DNA from: Pirellulales bacterium
GTDB taxonomy: Bacteria; Planctomycetota; Planctomycetia; Pirellulales; PALSA-1355
DNA: 64,000 nucleotides
Assembly: GCA_963733035.1 (NCBI GenBank)
Contig: CAVTBU010000006.1
Coordinates: 1 to 64,000, forward strand
Direction of reading: 5' to 3'
Made by a program: the position numbers and the translations under genes. The notes under the pieces are model-generated. The model ran no database searches and was not told where the DNA came from. It saw only the letters and a program-made list of their open reading frames with translations. Positions 18,281 through 28,223 of the stretch are shown here, in pieces. Numbering within the stretch: position 1 is the first letter of the stretch; each line of letters begins with the position of its first letter.

Positions 18281-19345
18281 TTAGTACGTGGTCGGTTTGT
18301 ATCCGGTTGTGAGCCGCGCGCCCGGATGACGCCACTCGGGTTCCTTGTTTTGCGTGCGGTTCGTAATGTTCCGCAGGGCTTTGATGATCCCCCCGTAGAT
18401 CCTGGAGGCGGTCGAGGAGACATAGCTTCCCGGCGCCGCGTCCATGAACGGCATGAATTTGTCAGGAAAACCAGGCATTGTGCAGCCGATGCAGATGCCG
18501 CCTACGTTCGGGCAGCCGCCAATGCCTGCCATCCAACCGCGCTTCGTTACGTTGCAATTGACGACCGGTCCCCAACAGCCGAGCTTCACAAGGCATTCTG
18601 GTTTGCCGTACTCGCGAGCGAAGGTGCCTTCCTCGTAGAATCCGCCTCGGTCGCATCCCTCATGCACCGTGCGGCCAAAGAGCCACGTGGGTCGCAGGTT
18701 GTCGTCGAGGGGGATCATTGGGGCTAAGCCGGCGACCTGGTACAGCAAATAGAGGAGGGTCTCCATGAAATTGTCTGGCTGGACGGGACACCCTGGAACG
18801 TTAACGATGGGCAGTCCAGCTTTTGACTTCCAGTTCCAACCCAGGTAGTCGGCTAGCCCCATGCACCCGGTCGGATTGCCCTGCATGGCGTGGATGCCGC
18901 CGTAGGTTGCGCAGGTGCCGGCGCCGATGACGGCCAACGCCTTGGGAGCCAGGCGGTCGATCCACGCGCAAGTGGTGATCGGCTGGCCGGTGTCAGCGTC
19001 GGTGCCAAGCGCCGCCCAGTACCCTTCTTTCTTGATCTTCTCGTTGGGGATCGAGCCTTCGACGACCAGCACAAATGGATCCAGTTCGCCCTTGTCGGCG
19101 AGATACCAGTACTTCATGAAATCATCGCCCACCTCGTATGCCAGTACAGGGTTGTGCAAGTGCACCTTGGGCAAGCCGGGAATCGCTCCCATTACCACGT
19201 CTTCGATGCTCGGTTGTGTGGCCGCGGTGATCGAAACCGAATCGCCGTCGCAACTCAATCCGGCCGTAATCCACAGGACGTGAATTTCCTTCACCGCGGG
19301 TTCGTGTTGAGTTTTGCGCCGATAAGGCACAGCCGATTCGATCAT
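18281..19345 (-). CDS. hhyS: Group 1h [NiFe]-hydrogenase small subunit
   Basis: LSCDGDSV (CxxD), GTCATYGG, PGCP, HEGCDR, CLVKLGCWGP, CIGCTMPGFPD. No Tat leader. Confidence 0.95.
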   Translation of the reverse strand: MIESAVPYRRKTQHEPAVKEIHVLWITAGLSCDGDSVSITAATQPSIEDVVMGAIPGLPKVHLHNPVLAYEVGDDFMKYWYLADKGELDPFVLVVEGSIPNEKIKKEGYWAALGTDADTGQPITTCAWIDRLAPKALAVIGAGTCATYGGIHAMQGNPTGCMGLADYLGWNWKSKAGLPIVNVPGCPVQPDNFMETLLYLLYQVAGLAPMIPLDDNLRPTWLFGRTVHEGCDRGGFYEEGTFAREYGKPECLVKLGCWGPVVNCNVTKRGWMAGIGGCPNVGGICIGCTMPGFPDKFMPFMDAAPGSYVSSTASRIYGGIIKALRNITNRTQNKEPEWRHPGARLTTGYKPTTY

Positions 19346-19348
19346 GGG

Positions 19349-20179
19349 TCACCTCGCTTGATGAAGGGGTTGCCCGAGCGAGAATTCGTTTGGCGTGCAG
19401 GCCTCCCAGGCGACGCCGGACGCGGCGACCGCGGATTCATAGCAGTCAGGCCTTTGGCTGGCGACACCAAGAGCAGGGGTGCTGAGCACAACAACGGCGA
19501 CGCTGGCCGCGACCAGCCCGACAGAACATGCGGGCGAGAACCTCCAATCTTGCTCGCGCGGCTGGCGCAAGTGGGCCAAGACGGTCACGATGGCAATGGT
19601 GGCGGCCGCTTCGAGCACCCCCGCGGCCGCGTGCATCCAAATCATTTGGGAGGCGAACGTACCGAAGCCGGTCAACTCGGTCGCACTGCGGCCGAAAGAT
19701 ACTTCGCCAACGAGCAGCACTGCACCTGCGACAGTCGACAAGAAGGCGATGCTGGCCAACTGGCTGGCAGATCGCACGGTTAGCAGCTGGTTGCTCCGTG
19801 GGCCGAGCGCGGCAACGGCGATTGCCGGCACCAGGCCCATATTGATTGCATTTGCGCCCAGAGCCATTAGGCCACCGTCTCCCAAGGCGATGGCTTGCAG
19901 GGCGAGGATTCCGCACATCGTGAGAAATCCGACGGCAGGACCCAAAACCCAGGCCAGCAATACACCCCCAATCAGATGTGCCGAGCTGTGGGGCAAAATG
20001 GTCACATTGAACATTTGAGCGGCAAAGACACCCGCCCCGAGCAGTGCGGCCGTTCGAGCACGAACGGGCTGCAAGCTCGACACGCGGGCCGCAAGCAGCG
20101 ATACGCCCGCTCCACTAGCCGCCACGCCGAGCGCGACGACGGCACACTCTGGCGTTAAGGCTCCATCTCCGAGGTGCAT
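19349..20179 (-). CDS. CbiM/NikM-type ECF nickel/cobalt permease with PDGLE-like C-terminal part
   Basis: N-terminal MHLGDG, FAAQMFN, SSAHLIGG, GDGGLMALGAN, C-terminal RPDCYE. AAGGAG RBS. Confidence 0.85.
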   Translation of the reverse strand: MHLGDGALTPECAVVALGVAASGAGVSLLAARVSSLQPVRARTAALLGAGVFAAQMFNVTILPHSSAHLIGGVLLAWVLGPAVGFLTMCGILALQAIALGDGGLMALGANAINMGLVPAIAVAALGPRSNQLLTVRSASQLASIAFLSTVAGAVLLVGEVSFGRSATELTGFGTFASQMIWMHAAAGVLEAAATIAIVTVLAHLRQPREQDWRFSPACSVGLVAASVAVVVLSTPALGVASQRPDCYESAVAASGVAWEACTPNEFSLGQPLHQAR

Positions 20180-20886
20180 GGCATCACTCCTTGCAATGGA
20201 TCGTGAGAACCATTCGTTCGTTGCTTTTCTCGTCGACGACGTTGCAGCAGCTCCATCCAGGAGTCCATTCCCTCGCCCGTTCGACCGGAGGTTTGTACCG
20301 TCTCGATCCCGGGCCGCATCCGCTCGATGTTTCGCAAAGCCAATGGCATGTTCCAACCGACCGCGTCGGCCAGGTCGATCTTGCTCACGAGGACCAAATC
20401 GCACGTGTTGATCAGCGTGGGATACTTTAGCGGCTTGTCTTCTCCTTCCGTGACGGAAACCAACAGCACGCGCAGATCCTCGCCGAGATCCCAACTCGAT
20501 GGACAGACTAAGTTGCCGACATTCTCGATAAACAGAAAGTCGCAGTCGCGCAGTTCCCACTGGGCGATCGCGTCGCGAACCATGTCGGCTTCCAAGTGAC
20601 ACATGGTGCCGGTCAAGATCTGCCTGACTCGAGCGCCACTCGTCGCCAATCGCAGCGCGTCGTTTTCCGTGGCCAGATCGCCGACGACCGCGGCAACCTC
20701 ATACTCCGGTTGTAGCGCCGTCAGCGTCCGCATAAGCAATTCCGTCTTTCCCGCGCCGGGGCCGGATACGACGTTGACGACCAGGACGCCGGCCTCGGCG
20801 AAGGCCAGTCGCATTTCCCTGGCCAGCGAGTCGTTCTTTTTGAGGATCTTGGTGCGAAGCTCAACGATGCGGGGTTGCGTGTGCAT
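20155..20886 (-). CDS. hypB: Hydrogenase nickel incorporation GTPase
   Basis: GPGAGKT, TGTMCHL, ENVGNLVCP, EGEDKPLKYP. Confidence 0.97.
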   Translation of the reverse strand: MHTQPRIVELRTKILKKNDSLAREMRLAFAEAGVLVVNVVSGPGAGKTELLMRTLTALQPEYEVAAVVGDLATENDALRLATSGARVRQILTGTMCHLEADMVRDAIAQWELRDCDFLFIENVGNLVCPSSWDLGEDLRVLLVSVTEGEDKPLKYPTLINTCDLVLVSKIDLADAVGWNMPLALRNIERMRPGIETVQTSGRTGEGMDSWMELLQRRRREKQRTNGSHDPLQGVMPCTSEMEP

Positions 20887-21041
20887 GAACCATTGACCTT
20901 TTTATGTCGATCGTGATGTAACCCGGTACCGGAACGCTTGATTTGCGGCGCGACGGGGCAACGCTCCCACCGCGGCGACTACGCAGATCCGCATTCGGCG
21001 TGCCGATCGGGAATTCTTACCAAGAGTTAAACGGAAAAACC

Positions 21042-21401
21042 TCAGGCCGTTTGTTGAGGCGCGATCTCAATCGAGTGCAACTCCAACTCGCGACCCGATA
21101 GGATCTCGGGCGTTGGAGTTCCACATGTCGGGCAACAGAATTGACGCATATCGCTGAGCGTTTGAACCGCTTTGCATTGCGGACACATGACCGTCACGGC
21201 GACGTTCTCAATTTCCAACCGAGCCCCAGCGCAGAGCGTTCCCTCGGCGGCCAAATCGAAGGAAAACAGCAATGCCTCGGGGACGATACCGGACAATGGC
21301 CCGATTCGCGTCATGATTCGTGTGACGCGCTGGCCGCCGGCCTGGGCAGCGGCATCCGAGGCCGCCTCGATCAAGCTTTGTGCGACGGACAACTCATGCA
21401 T
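21042..21401 (-). CDS. hypA: Hydrogenase nickel metallochaperone
   Basis: MHELS N-terminus, CPQC and CPTC, GREL. Confidence 0.97.
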   Translation of the reverse strand: MHELSVAQSLIEAASDAAAQAGGQRVTRIMTRIGPLSGIVPEALLFSFDLAAEGTLCAGARLEIENVAVTVMCPQCKAVQTLSDMRQFCCPTCGTPTPEILSGRELELHSIEIAPQQTA

Positions 21402-21730
21402 AGACACACCCCCAGCGTTGCACGAAGTGATGTTGCAACGAGGAATTCATGAGAGTTGCGCACTCAGTTTACGACTGTCTAGTTGTCTTGTCAACGATTT
21501 GGTGGATCGGAATCCTGCTTAATGGTCGCCTGAGTGTCAGCGCGCATGGAACCGCACCCGTGGCAATCGATGTCGACGAAGGACGTGGACTGGGCATCGA
21601 GAGAGAATGCGTCTGATCAGGAAACGCTTGACGACAGCGATCGTTTGTCGGACAAATCAGATATTGTCGCAAGAGGCATCCCGTTTGCATCGCCAGCCTG
21701 TGGTGCGCATCGTTCTTGGCTCGGATTCCC

Positions 21731-22009
21731 ATGTGCCTTGCAATCCCCGCACAAATCAGCGCTCTTCCGAATGAATCCGAGTCATTGGCGATGGTTGACA
21801 TCATGGGCGTGCGGCGGCGCGTCAACATTCTCCTGCTCGCCGAGGATCCTCCAAAAATGGGCGACTGGGTGCTCGTCCACGTGGGATTCGCGTTGAGCAA
21901 GATTAGCGCGGCGGAAGCCGACGAGCAGTTCAAGATGCTTTCAGCTCTCGGTGAGGCGAGCGCAGCGCGCGATGAAGTCGACGGATATCAGTTCGGAGCG
22001 GACACATGA
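21731..22009 (+). CDS. hypC: Hydrogenase assembly chaperone
   Basis: MCLAIP start, GDWVLVHVGFA. Confidence 0.97.
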   Translation: MCLAIPAQISALPNESESLAMVDIMGVRRRVNILLLAEDPPKMGDWVLVHVGFALSKISAAEADEQFKMLSALGEASAARDEVDGYQFGADT

Positions 22010-23120
22010 AATATGTCGACGAGTTCCGCGATCCGCAACTGATCCGCAAGGCGTTGGACGAAATTCGCATATTGGCCGACTCGGGCCGTCACTTTCGCAT
22101 CATGGAAGTCTGCGGCGGGCACACACACGCGATATTTCGCTTTGGGCTGAAGGACTTGCTGCCCTCCAATGTCGAGCTGATTCACGGCCCTGGATGTCCC
22201 GTGTGCGTCCTGCCGATGGGACGAATCGATGACGGCTTGGAACTGGCCAGCGATCCAAACGTCATCTTCACCGCTTTCGGTGACATGATGCGCGTACCGG
22301 GCTCGCAAGGGAGTCCGCTGGAAAGCAAGGCCCGCGGTGCCGACGTGCGGATCGTGTATTCGCCGCTGGATGCATTAAAGATCGCCGAGCAAAATCCCGA
22401 GCGGCAGGTCGTATTCTTTGCCATTGGCTTCGAGACGACGGCCCCCTCGACCGCGCTTACCTTGCTGCAGGCACGCGCGAAAAACGTGCGGAATTTCTCG
22501 GTATTTTGTAATCACGTCACGATCATCCCGGCGATTCGCGCGATTTTGGATTCGCCCGACATGCGGCTCGATGGATTTATCGGTCCGGGGCACGTTTCGA
22601 CTGTGATTGGCTGCCGGCCCTACGAATTCATCGTGCGTGATTATCATTGTCCAATTGCCGTTTCCGGCTTCGAGCCCCTCGATATTCTGCAGTCGCTGGT
22701 GATGGTATTGCGACAATTACGCGACGGCGTCGCGAAGGTTGAGAACCAATATGCGCGAGTGGTGCCTTGGGAGGGCAATCTGGCGGCGCTCAAGGTGTTG
22801 TCCGAAGTGTTTGAAGTGCGCCCCCACTTCGAGTGGCGAGGGCTGGGGTTCATCTCGCACTCAGCACTTCGAATTCGTGACGGCTTCGCTCCCTGGAATG
22901 CCGAGCAGACGATGCCGATTCGAGGTGTCTGCGTGGCCGATCCGAAGGCGGCCCAATGTGGCGAGGTCCTCAAGGGCGTCTTAAAGCCACACCAATGCAA
23001 GTTGTTCGGCAAGGAATGCACTCCCGAACATCCCATTGGCGCGCTGATGGTGTCGCCTGAGGGCGCTCCGCCGCGCATTTCAAATATTGCGGCGGCGAGC
23101 AGTTAGTCGCTCTTGGCTAA
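22006..23120 (+). CDS. hypD: Hydrogenase formation protein; apparent frameshift near 23067 (as-read frame stops at 23106)
   Basis: CGGHTH, GPGCPVC, GFETT, PGHVS. After EGA the -1 frame gives AAHFKY...stop at 23120. Confidence 0.93.
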
Positions 23121-23130
23121 ATGAAAGAGT

Positions 23131-24180
23131 ATGTCCGCGATGGCCGTTGCAAACCGACAAGTTCAGTTTCATAGCAAGCAGATTTCGATGGCGCACGGCG
23201 CCGGCGGCGAAGCAACTCGGCAACTGGTCGAAGGACTGTTTCGCCCCGCGTTCTCCAATCCGTGGCTCGATCCGCTTTCGGATGCGGCGACCTTTTTTGC
23301 CCAGGAAGGTCGCTTGGCCATTACGTCCGATAGCTTCGTCGTGCGGCCACTGAAGTTTCCGGGCGGTTCGATTGGAGAATTGGCGGTCAACGGCACGCTC
23401 AACGACCTGGCTGTCTCCGGCGCGAAGCCGCTGGCGATTACCGCCGCGTTTATCTTGGAGGCAGGTTTGCCGTCCGAGGTATTACGTGAAGAAGTGCATG
23501 CGATGGCCGCCGCCGCGGAGCGTGCCGGGGTACCCATCGCGACTGGCGATACCAAGGTCGTGGAACACGGGCTTGCCGATGGGATCTACATTTCGACAAC
23601 CGGTTTGGGCGTGGTCGACTCGCGCGCCGATTTGCGACCGGATCGCGTGGAAGTGGGCGACCAGGTTTTACTGTCCGGGCCCATTGGCAATCATGGCATG
23701 GCGATCATGCTGGCGAGGGCCGAATTGGACATCGAAGCCGAAATCTATTCCGACACACGTCCACTTTGCGCCTTAGTTGCGGCGATGATCGAATGCAACG
23801 CGGGCGGAATCAAATGGATGCGAGACGCAACACGCGGCGGTGTGGCGACGGTGCTAAATGAACTGGCTAGCGATTCCGGGCTCACCGTCAGCATCGAGGA
23901 AGAAGCGATTCCGCTCGATGATATCGTCCGCGGCGCCTGCGAACTGTTGGGGCTCGACGCCTTGCAAGTTGCCAACGAAGGTCAATTCGTGGCCGTCGTT
24001 TCTAAAGACTCGGCCGCGCCGTTGATTGCGGCGTTGCGCGGCGTTCCGGGCGGGGAGCGAGCATGCGTTCTGGGAGAAATCGTCGAAGGCCCACTGGCCA
24101 GGGTCATAGCGCGAAGCGCTTTTGGAGGATCTCGGATCGTCGACATGTTGATCGGCGATCCGCTGCCTCGGATTTGTTGA
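23131..24180 (+). CDS. hypE: Hydrogenase carbamoyl dehydratase
   Basis: HGAGG, DSFVV, GDTKVV, DATRGG, ANEG, C-terminal PRIC. Confidence 0.97.
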   Translation: MSAMAVANRQVQFHSKQISMAHGAGGEATRQLVEGLFRPAFSNPWLDPLSDAATFFAQEGRLAITSDSFVVRPLKFPGGSIGELAVNGTLNDLAVSGAKPLAITAAFILEAGLPSEVLREEVHAMAAAAERAGVPIATGDTKVVEHGLADGIYISTTGLGVVDSRADLRPDRVEVGDQVLLSGPIGNHGMAIMLARAELDIEAEIYSDTRPLCALVAAMIECNAGGIKWMRDATRGGVATVLNELASDSGLTVSIEEEAIPLDDIVRGACELLGLDALQVANEGQFVAVVSKDSAAPLIAALRGVPGGERACVLGEIVEGPLARVIARSAFGGSRIVDMLIGDPLPRIC

Positions 24181-24193
24181 GCGCGGCATTTCA

Positions 24194-25369
24194 ATGGTTA
24201 CCTCTGCCGACATCGTTTCTTTGCTGCGCTCACAGTTCCAAATGCGGAACGACGTGTTCGAGCGTTTCATTCCAGCGCACTGCTTGCCGCTGGCGAACAC
24301 CTGCCAGGAAATGGCGTGGCGGTTCCGGCGGGGCGGACGGCTATTGGCTGTGGGAGTTGGGCCCTACGTGAGCGACGCGCAGCACGTCTCGGTCGAGTTC
24401 GTGCATCCGGTGATTGTCGGGAAACGCGCACTGCCGGCGCTGGATCTTTCGCTCTACCCAAACATGCTGGAAGTGCTGGCGGCGCCAGACGACATCGTGA
24501 TGGGCTTCGCTGGGCCGGGAGGAGACGCGACGTTGAGCGGTCTAGTCGCACGCGTGGCGGCATGCGGGGCGCTCGTTTGCCGCTGGCCTGGCCAGTTGGG
24601 CGCGTTGGAACTGGCCGCTGGCTCCGACGACCCGTTCATCCATCAGGAGTTGACGGAGTTGATGTACCACACCCTGTGGGAGACGGTGCATGTGTTCTTT
24701 GAGCAGGAGGGCCGCGGCGACGATGTGGGAGCGTCGGCTTTCCTCTACCCGTTCCTTGGCCAAGGAGACCCGTCGACCGAAGTCACTCTGACTGACGTAG
24801 CGGCATCGATTGAACTCAAGGCTCGTGAGGATGAACGCTTGCGAGATTTGTTCGTCGCGGAGGAAGCGGAAGCGTTCTCGGCTACCGCGCTGGCCATCCA
24901 GCAGCGCATTGAATCAGGGGGTAAGCTGATCGCATTTGGCAATGGCGGTTCGGCGACGGACGCAAACGATTTTGTCTTCGACTGCCTCGATGGCGCCGGT
25001 GGAAAGAAACCGATTCCCGCCATTTCTTTGTCTATGGAACCGGCCGTGACGACCGCCATCAGCAATGACGTGGGCGTTGATCTGACGTTCTCACGGCAGT
25101 TGATTGCCGGGGGCCGGCCGCAAGACGTGGCGTTTGCCATCTCCACCAGCGGCAAGTCGCGAAACATCTGCACGGCTCTGGAGGAAGCACGCAAACGCGG
25201 CATGTTGACCGTAGCACTCTTGGGCTACGACGGCGGCGATGTCGTACGCCAGCGACAGGCGGATCATGCACTAGTCGTACGTTCGGACTACATTCCACGC
25301 ATTCAAGAAGTGCAGGCATCGATCTACCACGTGCTGCGGCTGGCCCTGGATCGGAGCCGATCACCATGA
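24194..25369 (+). CDS. Tandem SIS-domain, GmhA (phosphoheptose isomerase)-like protein
   Basis: Domain 1: DAQHVSVEFVHPVIVGKRALPA...HQE. Domain 2: FGNGGSATDA, TAISND, ISTSGKS, PRIQE. Confidence 0.8.
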   Translation: MVTSADIVSLLRSQFQMRNDVFERFIPAHCLPLANTCQEMAWRFRRGGRLLAVGVGPYVSDAQHVSVEFVHPVIVGKRALPALDLSLYPNMLEVLAAPDDIVMGFAGPGGDATLSGLVARVAACGALVCRWPGQLGALELAAGSDDPFIHQELTELMYHTLWETVHVFFEQEGRGDDVGASAFLYPFLGQGDPSTEVTLTDVAASIELKAREDERLRDLFVAEEAEAFSATALAIQQRIESGGKLIAFGNGGSATDANDFVFDCLDGAGGKKPIPAISLSMEPAVTTAISNDVGVDLTFSRQLIAGGRPQDVAFAISTSGKSRNICTALEEARKRGMLTVALLGYDGGDVVRQRQADHALVVRSDYIPRIQEVQASIYHVLRLALDRSRSP

Positions 25370-27678
25370 CGACCGACCTGCCGTCCAGCCGCTGTGTCGC
25401 GCGACGCGTGTTGATTGCTGGTGTCGTGCAGGGAGTAGGATTCCGGCCCTTTGTGTATCGCCTTGCAAAACGCCACCGCGTTGCGGGTTGGGTGCTCAAC
25501 GATGGGGCGGGCGTTGAGGTTCACATCGAGGCATCGGCCGAGGAGCTTGACGCATTTCTGAATGATCTGAATCTCGAAACGCCGCCGGCTGCAACTATGT
25601 CCAAGGTCGCGGTGCGCGAGGCAGAACCGGAAGGCAACAAGGACTTCTCTATTCGCAAAAGTCGAATGGGTCAGCGGCCGACCGTGCGTATTTCGCCAGA
25701 TCTGGCCGTCTGCCATGACTGCCTGCGTGACATGCGTGCACCGCATAACAACCGTTTTGGCTATCCCTACATCAACTGCACGAACTGTGGCCCGCGCTAC
25801 TCGATCATTTGCCGCCTGCCGTACGATCGCGAATCGACTACGATGCGGGCTTGGAGCCTGTGTTCTAAATGCCGCGGTGAATTTGAAGACCCGGTTGACC
25901 GCAGGTACCACGCCCAACCGACCGCCTGTAGTCGTTGCGGTCCGACGTATCAGCTGGTTGAGGGCCAACGGCAAACCGACACGTTCAATGCCGCCCTGTC
26001 CCGCACGGTCGAACTGCTAAGAACCGGCAGCATCGTTGCCATCAAAGGCATTGGCGGCTACCACCTGGCGTGCGACGCGCGGAACGCGGCAGCTGTGGAG
26101 GCGTTGAGGTCACGGAAGTTTCGTAAAGCAAAGCCCTTCGCGCTTTTGGTTCGAGACCTGTCAGAGGCCTATCAGTTGGCGGCGTTGACGCCGGAACACG
26201 AGCGACTTCTGGCTGACGTCGCTCGTCCGATCGTGTTGGCGCAAGCAAAGACCGAGCTGCGGGGCGTTGCCCCAGACAGTGATACCTTGGGATTGATGTT
26301 GCCGAGTATGCCGCTGCACTACCTGCTATTCGAGGCAGGCGCACCGAGTCCGCTGGTGATGACCAGTGCGAATCGGTCCAACGAACCGATCGCATATCGT
26401 GATGAAGATGCGCTCCAACGGCTCGCCGGAATTGCGGATGCCTTCCTGATTGGGCAACGGCCGATTGCGAGGCGAATGGACGACTCGGTTGTGGCCGTCC
26501 GCGCTGGCGCTCCGTTCATGCTTCGACGTTCCAGAGGGTTCGTCCCGTCGGCCATTTGCCGTTTGCCAACGCGCGAGCCCATCCTGGCTTTGGGAAGTGA
26601 TCTGAAGAATGCGATTGCGCTGGTGGTCGATGGGGAAGTGCTTGTCAGCCAGCATATTGGCGATTTGGGCGAACTGGAATCGAACATCGCGCTGGAGGAG
26701 ACCGTTCGCGACCTACTGACGATGTACGAGATCGACACGCGGAGATTGACGGTCGTACACGATTTACATCCCCAGTTCGTATCTTCTCGAATGGCGGAAG
26801 TTCTGCCGGCGCGACGGCGGTTGGCCGTGCAACATCATCATGCGCACCTGGCAAGCGTCCTGGCAGAGCACGCTTTGCTGGACGAGCGAGTCGTGGGCGT
26901 CGCGCTGGACGGAACCGGTTTTGGGCTCGACGGCGCGATTTGGGGAGGCGAAGTCTTCCTCGGGAGCGTGCGCGGCGGTTTTGAACGAACGGTCTGGTTG
27001 CGTTCGGTGCTCATGCCAGGCGGCGACTCCGCAGCGCGGTTTCCAGTACAGGCGGCCGCCGCGTTTCTTGCGCAGGTGACACAAGTGCCCGACATGACCG
27101 CGGCACCATTTTATTTTCCGCCGCACTTCATACATGCTCAGGCAATGATCGCCAAACGGGTGCGGTGTTTTCGGTCAACTTCAATGGGGCGCTTGTTCGA
27201 TGCGGTTGCAGCACTTGTCGGATTCACGCGCCCAGTCACCTTCGAAGGCCAGGCGGCCATGTGGTTGGAACATCAGGCTAAGCAATGTGATCCGCAGCAG
27301 GCGTACGATTTTCCGGGATGGGACTTTCGACCGATGCTCGAGGGCATCTTGCGCGACAGATTGTCGGGCCGGGCGGTCTGCGAGATCGCTGCTGGTTTTC
27401 ACGCGGCTATTGCAGAAGGCGTGGCCGAGCAGATCGGCCAACTGTGTAAGCAGCATCGACTCGACGTAGCGGTCGTTTCAGGAGGCGTATTTCAAAACGA
27501 GTTGTTGTTCGAATTAGTTCAGCGCCATATGGCCAAGCATTGCCGCCCAATTCGACTACTAGCAAACCAACTGGTGCCGGCAAACGACGGTGGCATTTCA
27601 CTTGGCCAGGCGGCTTTGGCGAGCGTCGAATCCGTAGCTTGCATTCCGCCAGACCAGACATCAGGGAATCGGCCGTGA
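25366..27678 (+). CDS. hypF: Carbamoyltransferase
   Basis: GVVQGVGFRPF, two zinc fingers (CHDC/CTNCGPRY, CSKC/CSRCGP), KGIGGYHL, QHHHAH, NDGGISLGQ. Confidence 0.97.
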   Translation: MTTDLPSSRCVARRVLIAGVVQGVGFRPFVYRLAKRHRVAGWVLNDGAGVEVHIEASAEELDAFLNDLNLETPPAATMSKVAVREAEPEGNKDFSIRKSRMGQRPTVRISPDLAVCHDCLRDMRAPHNNRFGYPYINCTNCGPRYSIICRLPYDRESTTMRAWSLCSKCRGEFEDPVDRRYHAQPTACSRCGPTYQLVEGQRQTDTFNAALSRTVELLRTGSIVAIKGIGGYHLACDARNAAAVEALRSRKFRKAKPFALLVRDLSEAYQLAALTPEHERLLADVARPIVLAQAKTELRGVAPDSDTLGLMLPSMPLHYLLFEAGAPSPLVMTSANRSNEPIAYRDEDALQRLAGIADAFLIGQRPIARRMDDSVVAVRAGAPFMLRRSRGFVPSAICRLPTREPILALGSDLKNAIALVVDGEVLVSQHIGDLGELESNIALEETVRDLLTMYEIDTRRLTVVHDLHPQFVSSRMAEVLPARRRLAVQHHHAHLASVLAEHALLDERVVGVALDGTGFGLDGAIWGGEVFLGSVRGGFERTVWLRSVLMPGGDSAARFPVQAAAAFLAQVTQVPDMTAAPFYFPPHFIHAQAMIAKRVRCFRSTSMGRLFDAVAALVGFTRPVTFEGQAAMWLEHQAKQCDPQQAYDFPGWDFRPMLEGILRDRLSGRAVCEIAAGFHAAIAEGVAEQIGQLCKQHRLDVAVVSGGVFQNELLFELVQRHMAKHCRPIRLLANQLVPANDGGISLGQAALASVESVACIPPDQTSGNRP

Positions 27679-28223
27679 TGATTCTGCAGACGCCGTTGAT
27701 GCGACGTGTGTCGAACGACTGTTGCGGTTCCCTGTGTTGGTACAGATGGCCCAGGAGGGTGATTGTGCGCCCAAATCCCGTGCGTCCGGCCAGTGCCCAA
27801 ACGATTCCTCAGTCGGGTCAGAAATCACTCCGGCGCAGGCAGGTGGGCCGCCCCCCGGGAGCCAGAGCGAGTCCATTAAATACGTACAAGGCGAAATTCA
27901 TTTTCCTCAGTAAGGACTCCGTGATTTTTTGATTTGCTTGCCGCGTGAGTTGGGCCTGCAATCATGCTGAACACCGCACTTTGGCGCAAACTTACTGAAA
28001 GCAACGAGTTGCACGGTTAGCGTGTCGCTCGAAGAGCGCGAATCCGTAATTTCACTTCGGATTCGTGTTGTGCCACGATTTGAAACATCTAAAATCGATG
28101 ATCTTCAGCTATCGGCGACTGCGTGCCGTACCGACTGCACATCGCCACTCTCGCTGAACGTCTTCGCTGTCCGCCGAGATAGCGTACTCACTAGTCGAAG
28201 GAGCCATTATCGCATCTAGAAAG

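Noticed and set aside
19349..20602. Long N-terminal extensions in the ORF track (19349..20602, 5280..6284, 4739..5383, 28975..30561, 45336..46901)
   Set aside because: Most overlap upstream genes; family motifs and RBSs support later starts.
20887..21041. NiCo or cobalamin riboswitch between hypA and hypB
   Set aside because: No recognisable conserved core.
27680..28223. Short ORFs and a sigma-54-like TGGCGCAAACTTAC after hypF
   Set aside because: The ORFs have no features and the -12 GC is absent at the required spacing.
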